The notes beneath the pieces were generated by a model. The model was not told the DNA's origin, searched no databases, and saw nothing but the letters and a program-made list of their open reading frames with translations. A program made the position numbers and the translations under genes. Positions 30,241-40,444 of a stretch of 64,000 nt of DNA are shown piece by piece (positions within the stretch are counted from its first letter, which is position 1; each line of letters begins with the position of its first letter). This stretch comes from Candidatus Rokuibacteriota bacterium (GTDB lineage Bacteria > JAUVQV01 > DATDCY01): NCBI GenBank assembly GCA_031406795.1, contig JANOHV010000072.1, positions 457 to 64,456 of the forward strand, written 5' to 3'.

Positions 30241-31587
30241 TCACCGCACCTGCGCGTTCGCGTCCTGAGGGGCCGGCGGCCGGGGCCTCTTCCGCTTCAG
30301 GATCAGCACGAGGACCACTGCCGCGACGATCGCGGCGAAGACCCCGATGAGCACCCCGCGCCAGAAGAGCATGGAGATCTTCTTCTCCCAGAGGGCGATC
30401 CGCCGCTCGATGTCGCCGCGCTGCTCCACGGTCAACTCGTCGGTCGGGATGACGGGCAGCCACTGGTCCTTGATCGGGGAGTCCCAGACTTTGGTCTTGA
30501 ACGCGCGGAACCTGGCGCGCGAGGGGCTGGCGGTCTGCTCGTCGATGTACGCCAGCAGGCGCGCGTGAAATTCGTCGGCGTTGGTGAAGCTCCCGATTTC
30601 GACGTGCTGCTCGGCGAAGACCTGCCTGAGGCTTTTCCAGGTCGTTTCGTCGATGCGCTTGCGCCAGTCGGACAGGCGGCCGTCTACCCGGCTGAGATCG
30701 CGGATCGCGAGCTGCTCGTCCGGATACAGTTTGCCGATGAAGGGCCGGATCGCCTGCCATTTGGCCGAGACTTTTTCCTCCTCGTACTTGATCAGACCGA
30801 CATCCCGGGGCACCATGATGGTGCGCTCGACGGCCTGCAGGTTGCCGTCGATGGTCTCGATGATCTTGGCGACGTAGTCGCCGTCCCGCGCCTGGACGAA
30901 CAGGTCGTTGCGCTGGGCGTCCGTCAGGTCCGATTTCGAGTACTCGTCGAACAGGCTGCCCATCATCCTGACGATCAGGTCGTCCCGGTTCCTGATGTTC
31001 GCGTTGAGCTTTTCGGTGAGTTCCTGCAGCCGGGCAATGGACTCCTTGTCCTTCCGGCCCTGCAGCCGCAGGCCCTGGATCTGCTCAACGAGTCCGGCGT
31101 TCTCCTCGGACAGTCGCTGGATCTGCGCGCTCAGCTCGGCCACCTCGCGCGTCAGTTTTTCCAGCGACAGCCGGTATTCCTCGTTCTGCAGAGTGATCGC
31201 CACGATTGTCTTCCCGTCGGCCTCGGCCTTCAGCGAGATGGTCTCGATCGTCGCTTTGTCCTTCCGGCTTTCCTCGACGAGGGCGAGCCGTTCCGTCGTC
31301 TTCTGCAACTGGTCGCGCAGGGCGCCGATCGAGTTGCCGAAGGTCTCCGGATAGAGGCCCTCGCCGAGCAACTGCCGATGCCGGGCGTATTCTGCCTCCA
31401 GGCCGCCGATCTGGCTCTCGAGCGCGTCGCGCCGCCCCGGGTCCGGGGCGGTCTTGATCGCTTCGAGCAGCGACTGGTGCCGGCTCTTGTAGGCCTGGAT
31501 GATCTCGTAGTCGGAGGATTGGGCGAACGCCCCGGCGCTCTGCAACAGCAGCGTCAGGATCGCGAGCAAACCGGCGAGCTTCTTCAT
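30241..31587 (-). CDS. Hypothetical periplasmic coiled-coil protein with C-terminal membrane anchor
   Basis: Signal peptide MKKLAGLLAILTLLLQSAGAFA, extended heptad-rich regions (LEKLTREVAELSAQIQRLSEENAGLVEQIQGLRLQ), and a C-terminal TM helix followed by a KRKRPRPP tail. Its start overlaps the upstream lipoprotein gene stop (ATGA). Confidence 0.65.
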   Translation of the reverse strand: MKKLAGLLAILTLLLQSAGAFAQSSDYEIIQAYKSRHQSLLEAIKTAPDPGRRDALESQIGGLEAEYARHRQLLGEGLYPETFGNSIGALRDQLQKTTERLALVEESRKDKATIETISLKAEADGKTIVAITLQNEEYRLSLEKLTREVAELSAQIQRLSEENAGLVEQIQGLRLQGRKDKESIARLQELTEKLNANIRNRDDLIVRMMGSLFDEYSKSDLTDAQRNDLFVQARDGDYVAKIIETIDGNLQAVERTIMVPRDVGLIKYEEEKVSAKWQAIRPFIGKLYPDEQLAIRDLSRVDGRLSDWRKRIDETTWKSLRQVFAEQHVEIGSFTNADEFHARLLAYIDEQTASPSRARFRAFKTKVWDSPIKDQWLPVIPTDELTVEQRGDIERRIALWEKKISMLFWRGVLIGVFAAIVAAVVLVLILKRKRPRPPAPQDANAQVR

Positions 31588-32060
31588 TTCTTTCCCCCGG
31601 AGACGATCCCTTTGCGGTTCAGCAGGTAGACCTGGCCGTTGGCGCCCAGTTCAATCCCCCGCTCCCGGCGGTTGAAGAAAGGTTTCTCCATGCCTGCCGC
31701 GGCGATCAGCACCTTCTTCCGGAGCGTCAACTTGCCGCGTGAGCTGCAGAAGACGTAGACGTGCTTGAAACCGGGGGAAGTGACAAAGTAGTAGCCCTCC
31801 CGATCCCGGATGACCCTGACGGTCCTGCCCGCCGCCGTGTCCTGGTTGCCGGTTTCCGCCCGAAACAGCACGCCCGCGTCGAAGGCGATCGTCTTGGGCT
31901 CGCCGCTGACGATGCCGGCCGAATTCGCCGTCAGCACGCTTTCGAACGACCAGGAGAAATCCACCGGCTTGATCGTGACGGACGCACAGCCGGACAGCGC
32001 GAGCGTCATCGACGCCAGCCAGACCAGAGTTACTCTCTTCATCGGCATCCCCTTATGCAT
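31584..32060 (-). CDS. Hypothetical lipoprotein
   Basis: Lipobox LALSGC after a signal peptide (best start MKRVTLVWLASMT; alternative ATGs at 32060, 32048 and 32042). Translationally coupled to the coiled-coil gene. Confidence 0.65.
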   Translation of the reverse strand: MHKGMPMKRVTLVWLASMTLALSGCASVTIKPVDFSWSFESVLTANSAGIVSGEPKTIAFDAGVLFRAETGNQDTAAGRTVRVIRDREGYYFVTSPGFKHVYVFCSSRGKLTLRKKVLIAAAGMEKPFFNRRERGIELGANGQVYLLNRKGIVSGGKK

Positions 32061-32087
32061 CGCGTTGCTCTGTGGCCGCCGGGGTGC

Positions 32088-32609
32088 TCAAAACCCGATC
32101 AGGGCGCCCGCGGTTATTTCCAGCCCGTTTCCGCCGCCCAGACCGATGCGGGCTTCGACGAACGGGGTGAAGCCGAGGTCGAACTCGAACGAGCACCCGC
32201 CGATCGCGTTCAGCAGGAACGACGAGTCGCTGGAGTTGTCCCGCGTGGTGATGACGCCGAAGAAATCGGAACGCGTGTCCCGGCGTTTCCAGCTCGCGAA
32301 TGCCAGGCCCGCGCCGGCGTACGGGATGAACGTGTCGCTCACGTCGAAATGGTAGAGCGCGGCGGCATTGACTTCCCACCAGCCGGTGTAAGGATCCCGG
32401 GGGAAGAAGACATTCAACCCGCCGGCAATGCCGAGGTTGGGCACCCACTCCTCGAGCGGGTATTCGACGCGCGCGCCGACCCCGAAGTCGGAGTCGCTCC
32501 CGTACGTGAGAGCCGCGCCGACCTTGAGGTCCTCTACTGCGGCGCCGGCTCCTGCAGGGGCGCAGATGCAGAACAGTGCGACCAGCACCAGCGTCAGTTT
32601 CTTCTTCAT
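32088..32609 (-). CDS. Small outer-membrane beta-barrel protein (OmpW/OmpA-TM-like)
   Basis: Signal peptide MKKKLTLVLVALFCICAPAGAGA, a beta-strand periodicity pattern, and a C-terminal GF. Paralogue of 26320..26928. Confidence 0.7.
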   Translation of the reverse strand: MKKKLTLVLVALFCICAPAGAGAAVEDLKVGAALTYGSDSDFGVGARVEYPLEEWVPNLGIAGGLNVFFPRDPYTGWWEVNAAALYHFDVSDTFIPYAGAGLAFASWKRRDTRSDFFGVITTRDNSSDSSFLLNAIGGCSFEFDLGFTPFVEARIGLGGGNGLEITAGALIGF

Positions 32610-32747
32610 CGTTCAGCCCTCCATGCAAGTACTTGTTTCGGTGCCGTTTCACTTTATCTTCAGCGTTCGGCGCTTGCGGTGACGGGGCTCACAGTCGGCC
32701 ATGCCCCGCACGCCGGCGAGTGCTCTCCACCGGCCCGGGGCCGGCGC

Positions 32748-33437
32748 TCAGCGAGGTCCGCGCACAGGGAGCGGCGCACGCCGCGCCAGTACCTGGACGA
32801 CCGCGGCGCGCCCCGTATGGTAGCACCCCTCCACCACGTCGCGTTCGATCTCGCGGCCGATTTCGAGGTCGAGACCGGCCAGGTCCTCCCGCAGTTCTTC
32901 GAGAGTGTAGAGCAACTCCGGTTTCTGCGGGCCGCCGGTGCCCAGCGCAAGTTGGCGCGGCGTGAACGCCTCGAGAACGAAGACGCCTCCTGCCGCCAGC
33001 CCCCGGGCGGCGGCCCGGTGTACCGAACGCCGCAACGGTGGCGGCAGGTGGGCGAAGATCGCCACGATGCCCGGCCAAGCCCCGGCCTCGATCGCGAAGG
33101 ACGCCAGATCGGCGACGATCGTCGCGATCTGCACTCCGCGCATGTTTGCCAGGGCTTCGGCCTTGGCGATGCCTGCCGCCGACTCGTCGACCGCGGTCAC
33201 TGGATGCCCGCGTCGGGCGAGCCAGACAGCATTCCTTCCCTCCCCCTCGGCGAGGCAAAGAACGGGGCCGGGCGGCATGCGGTCGGCCAACTCGACCAAA
33301 AAACCATTCGGCTCGGTGCCGTAGGCATAAGCCGGCTCGGAGTACCGGCGTTCCCAGAACGCGGACTCCGGCGAGGCGGGCCTGCCGGCTTTGTCGACCA
33401 TGCAATGAGTGTAGCACCGGGCGGGCCACCGCTTCAT
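32748..33437 (-). CDS. Class I SAM-dependent methyltransferase
   Basis: Motif I VLCLAEGEGRNAVWLA and motif post-I VTAVD, with a Rossmann-fold pattern. Possible start at MVDKAG (ATG 33401). Confidence 0.7.
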   Translation of the reverse strand: MKRWPARCYTHCMVDKAGRPASPESAFWERRYSEPAYAYGTEPNGFLVELADRMPPGPVLCLAEGEGRNAVWLARRGHPVTAVDESAAGIAKAEALANMRGVQIATIVADLASFAIEAGAWPGIVAIFAHLPPPLRRSVHRAAARGLAAGGVFVLEAFTPRQLALGTGGPQKPELLYTLEELREDLAGLDLEIGREIERDVVEGCYHTGRAAVVQVLARRAPLPVRGPR

Positions 33438-33611
33438 GGGATTTGTTGCCTGGGAGGACTGCGCTGGACACGACGGAGGCGCGAAACGCTTGCCGGCATG
33501 TCGCTCCGGGACAGGTCAGGAGCAGCGGATAAACCCGGGCATTCATGTGGGAATTGAAAGAGGTATTCCTCTTGACAGGTGTCACCCAGGAGGGTCATTG
33601 TTGCCGGTGTC

Positions 33612-34277
33612 ATGAGCGTGTTGAAGACCTCGGTTGGCAGAAAGCTCGCCATGGCTCTCACGGGACAGTTTCTGCTGCTGTTCCTCCTCGGGCACGCCGC
33701 CGGGAATGCCACCCTGTGGGTCGGCCTGATCAACGCCTACGCCGCCCATCTGCACGCGGTGCCCTCCCTGGGCTGGGTCTTCCGGGTCGTCCTCCTTGGC
33801 TTGCTCGCGCTGCACATCTGGCAGGGGATTGCACTGACGCTCGAAAACCGGTGCGCCGGCGGGGGCGGCTATGCCGTCATTTCGTACCGGCGCGCGACGA
33901 TCGCCTCGCGGACGATGATCTGGAGCGGGTTGGCGGTCGCCGGCTTCCTGATCTACCACCTGCTCCACCTCACCGTGCAGGTGCTGCACCCCGCGGCCGC
34001 CGCCGCGACCCACCCGGATGCGCTCGGGCGCCCCGACGTCCACCGGATGCTCGTCGCCGGCCTGCGCCATGCCGGGACCGCGGCGGTCTACGTCGTCGGG
34101 ATGTTCGCCCTCGCCCTGCACCTCTTTCACGGGATCGCCAGTTCGGTGCAGACGTTCGGGCTCAACGGTCCGCGCTCCTTTCCCTGGTTCGAGCGCGCCG
34201 GCGCCGCGATGGCGCTGCTTCTCGCCGCGGCGTTCGTCGCCATCCCGGCCGGTATCCTCGCCGGCCTCGTGCGATAG
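33612..34277 (+). CDS. sdhC: Succinate dehydrogenase / fumarate reductase cytochrome b subunit (5-TM, dihaem, type B)
   Basis: Five predicted TM helices with conserved histidines (HLHAV, HIWQG, HLLHL, HLFHG) as in Bacillus/Geobacter-type SdhC/FrdC. Start taken at MSVLKTSVG; the ORF is open from 33579. Confidence 0.8.
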   Translation: MSVLKTSVGRKLAMALTGQFLLLFLLGHAAGNATLWVGLINAYAAHLHAVPSLGWVFRVVLLGLLALHIWQGIALTLENRCAGGGGYAVISYRRATIASRTMIWSGLAVAGFLIYHLLHLTVQVLHPAAAAATHPDALGRPDVHRMLVAGLRHAGTAAVYVVGMFALALHLFHGIASSVQTFGLNGPRSFPWFERAGAAMALLLAAAFVAIPAGILAGLVR

Positions 34278-34350
34278 CCATGGGCCGACTACGAGAGATT
34301 GTCGAGGAAGAGATCGTGGCGGCGAGAAAGTATCGTGCGCAATCCGGGGC

Positions 34351-34463
34351 CGGGCGGGGATCAACCCCGCCCCTACGGGGGTTTGGTGCGCGTGTGGCGG
34401 ATGGACACCCCCGGCCCCTGCGAGGTGTTTTCGAGAGTGTAGGGGAGGGGTTCACCCCCTCCC
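34351..34463. repeat. REP/REPIN-like palindromic element pair, head-to-head
   Basis: CGGGCGGGGATCAACCCCGCCCCTAC (34351-34376) and GTAGGGGAGGGGTTCACCCCCTCCC (34439-34463) with a 62-bp spacer, between sdhC and sdhA. Confidence 0.8.
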
Positions 34464-34521
34464 GCACCGTCGACAGGATCCCGCCGATCGGGCACACAAT
34501 GACTGGCATGGAGCGTATCCG

Positions 34522-36435
34522 ATGACCCTCGACGGCAAGTCGCCCTCCGGGCCGATCGAGCGGCAGTGGGACCGCCGCCGGGAGGAGCTGCGGCTGGTGA
34601 GCCCGGCGAACAAGCGCAAGTACCGCGTGATCGTCGTCGGCACCGGGCTCGCGGGCGCCTCGGCCGCCGCCAGCCTCGGCGAACTCGGCTACCAGGTCGA
34701 GGCGTTCTGCTTCCAGGATTCCCCGCGTCGCGCCCACAGCATCGCGGCGCAGGGAGGGATCAACGCCGCCAAGAACTACCCGAACGACGGCGACAGCGTC
34801 CTGCGGCTCTTCCGCGACACCGTCAAGGGCGGCGATTTCCGCTCCCGCGAGTCGAACGTCTACCGGCTCGCGCAGGTCAGCGGCGCGATCATCGATCAGG
34901 CCGTCGCGCAGGGGGTGCCGCTCGCCCGCGACTATGCCGGCTACCTCGACAACCGCTCCTTCGGCGGCGCGCAGGTCTCGCGCACCTTCTACGCCCGGGG
35001 GCAGTCAGGACAGCAGTTGCTGCTCGGCGCCTACCAGGCCCTGATGCGCCAGGTCGGCGCCGGCACGGTGCGGCTGCATCCGCGCACCGAGATGCTCGAT
35101 CTGGTCGTCGTCGACGGCACGGCCCGCGGCATCACCGTGCGCGACCTGGTCAGCGGAAAGATCGAGTCGCACGCCGCGGACGCCGTCTGTCTGTGCACCG
35201 GGGGCTACGCGAACGTGTTCTTCCTCTCGACCAACGCGCAGGGCTGCAACGTCACGGCGGCCTGGCGGGCCTGCAAACGCGGCGCGCACTTCGCCAACCC
35301 CTGTTTCACGCAGATCCACCCGACGTGCATCCCCGCCAGCGGCGAGCACCAGTCCAAGCTGACGCTGATGTCCGAGTCGCTGCGCAACGACGGGCGGGTC
35401 TGGGTCTCGAAGAAGATCGGCGACACCCGGGCGCCGGCGTCGATCCCCGAGGCCGAGCGCGACTACCTGCTCGAACGCAAGTACCCGAGCTTCGGCAACC
35501 TCGCCCCGCGCGACATCTCCTCGCGGGCGGCCAAGGAGGTTTGCGACGAGGGGCGCGGCGTCGGCCCCGGCGGGCGCGGCGTCTACCTCGACTTCGCCGA
35601 CGCGATCAAGCGGCTGGGCGCCGCGACGATCAGAAGCCGCTACGGCAATCTTTTCGAGATGTACGAGTGCATCACCGGCGAGGACGGCTACCGGGTGCCG
35701 ATGCGCATCTACCCCGCGCCGCACTACACGATGGGCGGGCTCTGGGTGGACTACCACCTCGAGAGCACGATCCCCGGTCTCTTCGTGCTCGGCGAAGCCA
35801 ACTTCTCCGACCACGGCGCGAACCGTCTTGGCGCCAGCGCGCTGATGCAGGGTCTCGCCGACGGCTATTTCGTGATCCCGTACACGATCGGGCACCACCT
35901 GGCGCAGGCGAAACCCGGCGCGGTCCCGGCCGGTCACCCGGCCTTCGCCGCGTCGCGCGCCGAAGTCGAGCGGACGACGCAGCGGCTGCTCGGCATCAAC
36001 GGACGGCGCACGATCACCGATTTTCACCGCGCGCTCGGCCGGATCATGTGGGAGAATGTCGGCATGGCGCGCAGCGCGCAGAGTTGCCGCGAGGCGCTGG
36101 AGCGGATCCCGGCGCTGCGGGCGGAGTTCTGGGAGGACGTGCGGGTCGTCGGCAGCGGCCTGACGCTCAACCGCGAACTGGAGCGGGCCGGCCGCGTGGC
36201 GGACTTCCTGGAATTCGCCGAGGTCCTGGCGCGCGACGCGCTCTATCGCGATGAGTCCTGCGGCGGTCACTTCCGCACCGAGCATCAGCTGCCGGACGGC
36301 GAGGCGAAGCGCGACGACGAGCGCTTCTGCCACGTCGCGGCCTGGGAGTACCGCGGGCCGGACCAGGAAGCGCAGGTCCACATCGAACCGCTCGATTTCG
36401 AGGCGATTCCACTGGCAGTGAGGAATTACAAATGA
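34522..36435 (+). CDS. sdhA: Succinate dehydrogenase / fumarate reductase flavoprotein subunit
   Basis: FAD-binding [14 protein letters not shown], the covalent-FAD histidine region ([14 protein letters not shown]), and the HYTMGG active-site motif; 638 aa from ATG 34522. The ORF is open from 34018 but the upstream part overlaps the REP region and reads as non-coding. Confidence 0.93.
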   Translation: MTLDGKSPSGPIERQWDRRREELRLVSPANKRKYRVIVVGTGLAGASAAASLGELGYQVEAFCFQDSPRRAHSIAAQGGINAAKNYPNDGDSVLRLFRDTVKGGDFRSRESNVYRLAQVSGAIIDQAVAQGVPLARDYAGYLDNRSFGGAQVSRTFYARGQSGQQLLLGAYQALMRQVGAGTVRLHPRTEMLDLVVVDGTARGITVRDLVSGKIESHAADAVCLCTGGYANVFFLSTNAQGCNVTAAWRACKRGAHFANPCFTQIHPTCIPASGEHQSKLTLMSESLRNDGRVWVSKKIGDTRAPASIPEAERDYLLERKYPSFGNLAPRDISSRAAKEVCDEGRGVGPGGRGVYLDFADAIKRLGAATIRSRYGNLFEMYECITGEDGYRVPMRIYPAPHYTMGGLWVDYHLESTIPGLFVLGEANFSDHGANRLGASALMQGLADGYFVIPYTIGHHLAQAKPGAVPAGHPAFAASRAEVERTTQRLLGINGRRTITDFHRALGRIMWENVGMARSAQSCREALERIPALRAEFWEDVRVVGSGLTLNRELERAGRVADFLEFAEVLARDALYRDESCGGHFRTEHQLPDGEAKRDDERFCHVAAWEYRGPDQEAQVHIEPLDFEAIPLAVRNYK

Positions 36436-36507
36436 GATCGGGGCGCCGCCTTCGTCACGGTGGCCGGGTTTACTTCCGCACGATGGAACGCGTATGGTAA
36501 GAACTCG

Positions 36508-37266
36508 ATGAAACTGACCCTGTTCATCTGGCGGCAGAACGGCCCGGCCGACCACGGCCGGCTCGTGCGCTACGAAGTCCCCGGGGTCTCCCCCGAAATG
36601 TCGTTCCTCGAGATGCTCGACGTGCTCAACGACGGACTCGTGCTGCGCGGCGAGGAGCCCGTGGCCTTCGATCACGACTGCCGCGAGGGGATCTGCGGCA
36701 CCTGCTCGCAGGTGATCAACGGGCAGCCGCACGGCCCGCGCCGGCGTACGACGATCTGCCAGTTGCACATGCGCAATTTCAAGGAGGGCGACACGATCTA
36801 CATCGAGCCCTTCCGGGCGCGGGCGTTCCCGGTGATCCGCGACCTGGTGGTCGACCGCTCGGCCCTCGACGCGCTGATCCGGGCCGGCGGCTACGTCTCG
36901 GTGCACACCGGCGGCGTGCCGGACGCGAATGCCGTGCTGATCCCCCGCGACGACGCCGAGGAGGCGATGGACGCCGCCGAGTGCATCGGCTGCGGCGCCT
37001 GCGTGGCGGCCTGCCCGAACGGCGCGGCGATGCTCGTCGCCGCCGGCAAGATCGCCCAGCTGGCGGCGCTGCCGCAGGGGCGCGTGGAGGCCGCGCGGCG
37101 CGTCTGCGCCATGACCGAAGAGATGCTCCGCCAGGGCTTCGGCCACTGCAGCAACCACTACGAGTGCGAGGCGGCCTGCCCCAAGGGGATCAAGGCGCGC
37201 TTCATCGCGAAGCTCAACCGTGAGTTCGTCAAGGCACAAACCCGGGGTGAAAGGAGACCAGCATGA
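36508..37266 (+). CDS. sdhB: Succinate dehydrogenase / fumarate reductase iron-sulfur subunit
   Basis: 2Fe-2S (CREGICGTC), 4Fe-4S ([12 protein letters not shown]) and 3Fe-4S (CEAACP) cysteine clusters. Start MKLTLFIW (ATG 36508). Confidence 0.92.
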   Translation: MKLTLFIWRQNGPADHGRLVRYEVPGVSPEMSFLEMLDVLNDGLVLRGEEPVAFDHDCREGICGTCSQVINGQPHGPRRRTTICQLHMRNFKEGDTIYIEPFRARAFPVIRDLVVDRSALDALIRAGGYVSVHTGGVPDANAVLIPRDDAEEAMDAAECIGCGACVAACPNGAAMLVAAGKIAQLAALPQGRVEAARRVCAMTEEMLRQGFGHCSNHYECEAACPKGIKARFIAKLNREFVKAQTRGERRPA

Positions 37267-38456
37267 AGCATTCCGTTGTGGCTCTCATGGCCGTAGTGGC
37301 GCTCGTTCTCACGTCCTCGCTCGCCTTCGCGGCGGACATTGAACTGGCGATCCCGCTGCCGCTGACCGGCTCGAACGCCAAGTTCGGCGAGATCCAGAAG
37401 AAGTCCTACGAGATCGCCGCACAGGAGATCAACGCCGCGGGCGGGATCAAGGGCGCGAAGCTCGTGCTCTCGTTCGAGGACTCCCAGGGCAAGCCCGAGG
37501 TCGCGCGCTCGATCGTCGAGCGGTTGATCGACGTCAAGAAGCAGCCGATCATCATCGGCGAGTATACCTCGGCCTGCGCCAAGGCGGTGGCCGCGGTCGC
37601 CGAGGAGCGCAAGACCCCGTACCTCGTGGTGGCCAGCGCCGCCGACGACATCACGCAGAAAAACTACAAGTACGTCTACCGGATGAACCCGACCAGCGCC
37701 TACTATGACACCGGGCTGCTGGCCTTCCTCAACGAGGTCGTCAAGCCGACGAGCGTCGCGATCCTCTATGAGAGCTCGGACTTCGGCACTGCCGGCGCCG
37801 ACAACATGGAGAAGCAGGCGAAGAAGATGGGTTGGAACGTCCTGCTCAAGGAGAAGTACGAGAAGGGCGCGGTCGACTTCAAGCCGGTGCTCTCCCAGGT
37901 CAAGTCCAAGAGCCCGGACATGATCTACATGGTTTCCTACGTCATGGACGCCTCCCTGCTGATGAAGCAGATCAAGGAGCTGCGCATCGAGGCCAAGCTC
38001 TTCGCGGGCGGCGCTGCCGGGTTCGACATCCCGAACTTCGTCGACAACGCCAAGGACGCCGCCGAATTCGTCGTGACCGCGACCCTCTGGAGCCCGCAGG
38101 TCAGCTACAAGGGCGCCAAGGAGTACGCCGAGAAGTACAAGGCCCAGGACAAGGACAAGGATTACCCCTCCTACCACGGCGCGGCCGCCTACAGCGCGCT
38201 GTACGTCTTCAAGGCCGCGGCCGAGAAGGCGAAGGACCTCTCCACGGAGTCGCTGCGCGAAGCCATGAAGGGGGTCGACATCGAGACCGCCTACGGGCCG
38301 GTCAAATTCGAGGACAAGGACGGCTATCAGAACCAGAACTTCATGGAGACGCTGGTGCGCCAGGTGATCAACCAGAACCACGAGACGATCTGGCCGAAGA
38401 AGGTGGCGAGCAAGGCCTGGGTATACCCGATCCCGAAGTGGCGGGATCGGAAGTAG
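37263..38456 (+). CDS. ABC transporter substrate-binding protein, branched-chain amino acid (LivK/LivJ) family
   Basis: Signal peptide plus periplasmic binding-protein type I fold ([39 protein letters not shown]). Followed by livHMGF homologues. Confidence 0.88.
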   Translation: MKHSVVALMAVVALVLTSSLAFAADIELAIPLPLTGSNAKFGEIQKKSYEIAAQEINAAGGIKGAKLVLSFEDSQGKPEVARSIVERLIDVKKQPIIIGEYTSACAKAVAAVAEERKTPYLVVASAADDITQKNYKYVYRMNPTSAYYDTGLLAFLNEVVKPTSVAILYESSDFGTAGADNMEKQAKKMGWNVLLKEKYEKGAVDFKPVLSQVKSKSPDMIYMVSYVMDASLLMKQIKELRIEAKLFAGGAAGFDIPNFVDNAKDAAEFVVTATLWSPQVSYKGAKEYAEKYKAQDKDKDYPSYHGAAAYSALYVFKAAAEKAKDLSTESLREAMKGVDIETAYGPVKFEDKDGYQNQNFMETLVRQVINQNHETIWPKKVASKAWVYPIPKWRDRK

Positions 38457-38563
38457 GGGCGGGATTCATTCCCGCCTGGAACGGGGCCGATCGGGAGGGG
38501 GTCAACCCCTCCCCTACGCCCGGGATAGTAGCGAGACCGTAGGGGCGGGGTTGATCCCCGCCC
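38453..38563. repeat. Cluster of three REP-like elements (C-type fwd, A-type rev, C-type fwd)
   Basis: GTAGGGGCGGGATTCATTCCCGCC (38453-38477; its GTAG overlaps the TAG stop of the binding-protein gene), GGGAGGGGGTCAACCCCTCCCCTAC (38493-38517), and GTAGGGGCGGGGTTGATCCCCGCCC (38539-38563). Confidence 0.8.
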
Positions 38564-38578
38564 GTGGCGAAAGGAAGC

Positions 38579-39502
38579 ATGCCCAAGCTTGAAGTCTTCC
38601 TCCAGACCCTGATCCAGGGTTTCCTGCTCGGGGGCCTCTACGCGCTGATCGGCCTGGGCATGGCGCTGATCATGGGCGTGATGAAGATCATCAACCTCGC
38701 CCACGGGCAGCTGATGATGGTCGCGATGTACATGGCCTTCTGGCTCTTCACGCTCGGGCGCGTCGACCCCTATCTCTCCGTCGTCCTCGTCGTCCCGGCG
38801 ATGTTCGTGCTCGGGGTCGGCATCCAGAAGTTCCTGATCAACCCGCTGCAGCGGGTCGATTCGATCATGCCGCAGAACCAGATCATCCTGACGGTGGGCA
38901 TCGGCATGGTGCTGACGAACCTCGCGACGCTCTTCTTCTCCGGCGACTACCGCTCCACGCCGGTGAGCTACGCGACGAAAGCCTGGTACCTCTCGGACTT
39001 CTGGAAGAGCTCCCCGCTCGAGCTGTCGATCTCCTACAAGGAACTGGTTTCCTTCCTCGTCGCCGCGGCGATCACGACGGCGCTCTGGTTCTTCCTGCAG
39101 AAGACCGACACCGGCAAGTCCATCCGCGCGACGGCGCAGGACAGGGACGCTGCGCTGCTGATGGGCGTGAACGTCGAGCGGATGCGGGTCGTGACCTTCG
39201 GCATCGGCACCGCGCTGGTCGGCGCCGCGGGCTGTCTGTTCATTCCCGCGTACTATCTGTTCCCGGATCTCGGCGGGCAGTTCACGACGATCGCCTTCGT
39301 CGTGACGATCATCGGAGGGCTCGGCTCGACGACCGGCGCGATCTTCGGCGGGCTGATCCTGGCGATCTTCGAGTCGTTCACCGCGACCTATGTCGGCATG
39401 GGCTGGGCGACCGTCGGCCGCTTCGTGATCTTCGTCGCGGTGCTGATCTTTCTGCCCGGCGGCGTCTACTCGCTGATCCGCAGCAAGAAGCTGGGTAAAT
39501 AG
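38579..39502 (+). CDS. livH: Branched-chain amino acid ABC transporter permease (LivH-like)
   Basis: LQTLIQGFLLGGLYALIGLGMALIMGV is an N-terminal LivH signature, with 8 or more TM helices. Start ATG 38579 (RBS AAGGAAG); the ORF is open from 38564. Confidence 0.88.
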   Translation: MPKLEVFLQTLIQGFLLGGLYALIGLGMALIMGVMKIINLAHGQLMMVAMYMAFWLFTLGRVDPYLSVVLVVPAMFVLGVGIQKFLINPLQRVDSIMPQNQIILTVGIGMVLTNLATLFFSGDYRSTPVSYATKAWYLSDFWKSSPLELSISYKELVSFLVAAAITTALWFFLQKTDTGKSIRATAQDRDAALLMGVNVERMRVVTFGIGTALVGAAGCLFIPAYYLFPDLGGQFTTIAFVVTIIGGLGSTTGAIFGGLILAIFESFTATYVGMGWATVGRFVIFVAVLIFLPGGVYSLIRSKKLGK

Positions 39503-39505
39503 GCC

Positions 39506-40444
39506 ATGCAGCGCTACGCCCCGCTCGCCGTCGCCGCGCTGCTGGCGCTCGTGCCGCTGCTGCCGCTCTCCTCCTACCTGATGCACATCTTCATCCTGGT
39601 CATCATGTGGGCGATCATCGGCATGGCCTGGAACCTGCTCGGCGGCTACACCGGTCTGGTCTCCTTCGGCCACGCGGCGTTCTTCGGGCTCGGGGCCTAC
39701 AGCGCCGGCATCGTCTACCAGAGCCTCGGCTGGTCCGGGTGGTGGGGCCTGCCGATCTCGGTCGCCGTGGTCACGATCTTCTCCCTCGTCATGGGCTTCG
39801 TCGTGCTGCGGCTGCGCGGCCCCTACTTCAACCTCTCCACGCTGGCGATCGGCGAGGTGCTCCGGGTCACCGCGCAGAACCTCGACAAGCTGACCCAGGG
39901 CGACCTGGGCATCCTGATCAAGCAGCGCTCGTGGACCGACAAACAGAATTTCTACTGGGTTGTGCTGCTGATGGCGCTCGGGACCTACTACGTGGTCAAG
40001 GGTCTTGTCGGGTCGCGGCGCGGCTACTACTTCGTCGCGATCCGCGAGGACCAGGACGCCGCCGAGTCGCTCGGGATCGACACGACGCTCAACAAGACGA
40101 TCGCGCTGACCGTCAGCGGCGTGCTGACCGGGCTGGCCGGCGCCTTCTATTTCAACTACATGGGCTACATCGACCCGAAGGTGGTCTTCGACCTGCCGGG
40201 GATCTCGATCCTGGCGATCATGATCGTCATGGTCGGCGGCGCCGCGACGCTGACCGGCCCGCTCGTCGGCTCCCTGATCATGGTGCTGCTGGCCGAGTGG
40301 GTGCGCTCGATCCCGAAGCTCGGGGCGGCGCACATGAGCGTCTTCGGCGTGCTGCTGATCCTGATCATCATCTTCCTGCCCAACGGCTTGGTCGGGGATT
40401 TCGGCAAGATCCGGCGGCTCTTCACCGGGAAGAGGAACGCATGA
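39506..40444 (+). CDS. livM: Branched-chain amino acid ABC transporter permease (LivM-like)
   Basis: Polytopic permease, 312 aa, immediately following livH and with stop/start overlap with livG. Confidence 0.85.
   Translation: MQRYAPLAVAALLALVPLLPLSSYLMHIFILVIMWAIIGMAWNLLGGYTGLVSFGHAAFFGLGAYSAGIVYQSLGWSGWWGLPISVAVVTIFSLVMGFVVLRLRGPYFNLSTLAIGEVLRVTAQNLDKLTQGDLGILIKQRSWTDKQNFYWVVLLMALGTYYVVKGLVGSRRGYYFVAIREDQDAAESLGIDTTLNKTIALTVSGVLTGLAGAFYFNYMGYIDPKVVFDLPGISILAIMIVMVGGAATLTGPLVGSLIMVLLAEWVRSIPKLGAAHMSVFGVLLILIIIFLPNGLVGDFGKIRRLFTGKRNA

Noticed and set aside
38327-40333. 668-aa minus-strand ORF antisense to livH/livM
   Set aside because: Translation is extremely Arg/Asp/Glu/His-rich low-complexity sequence and spans two well-supported permease genes plus a REP cluster. 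It is a GC-bias artefact.
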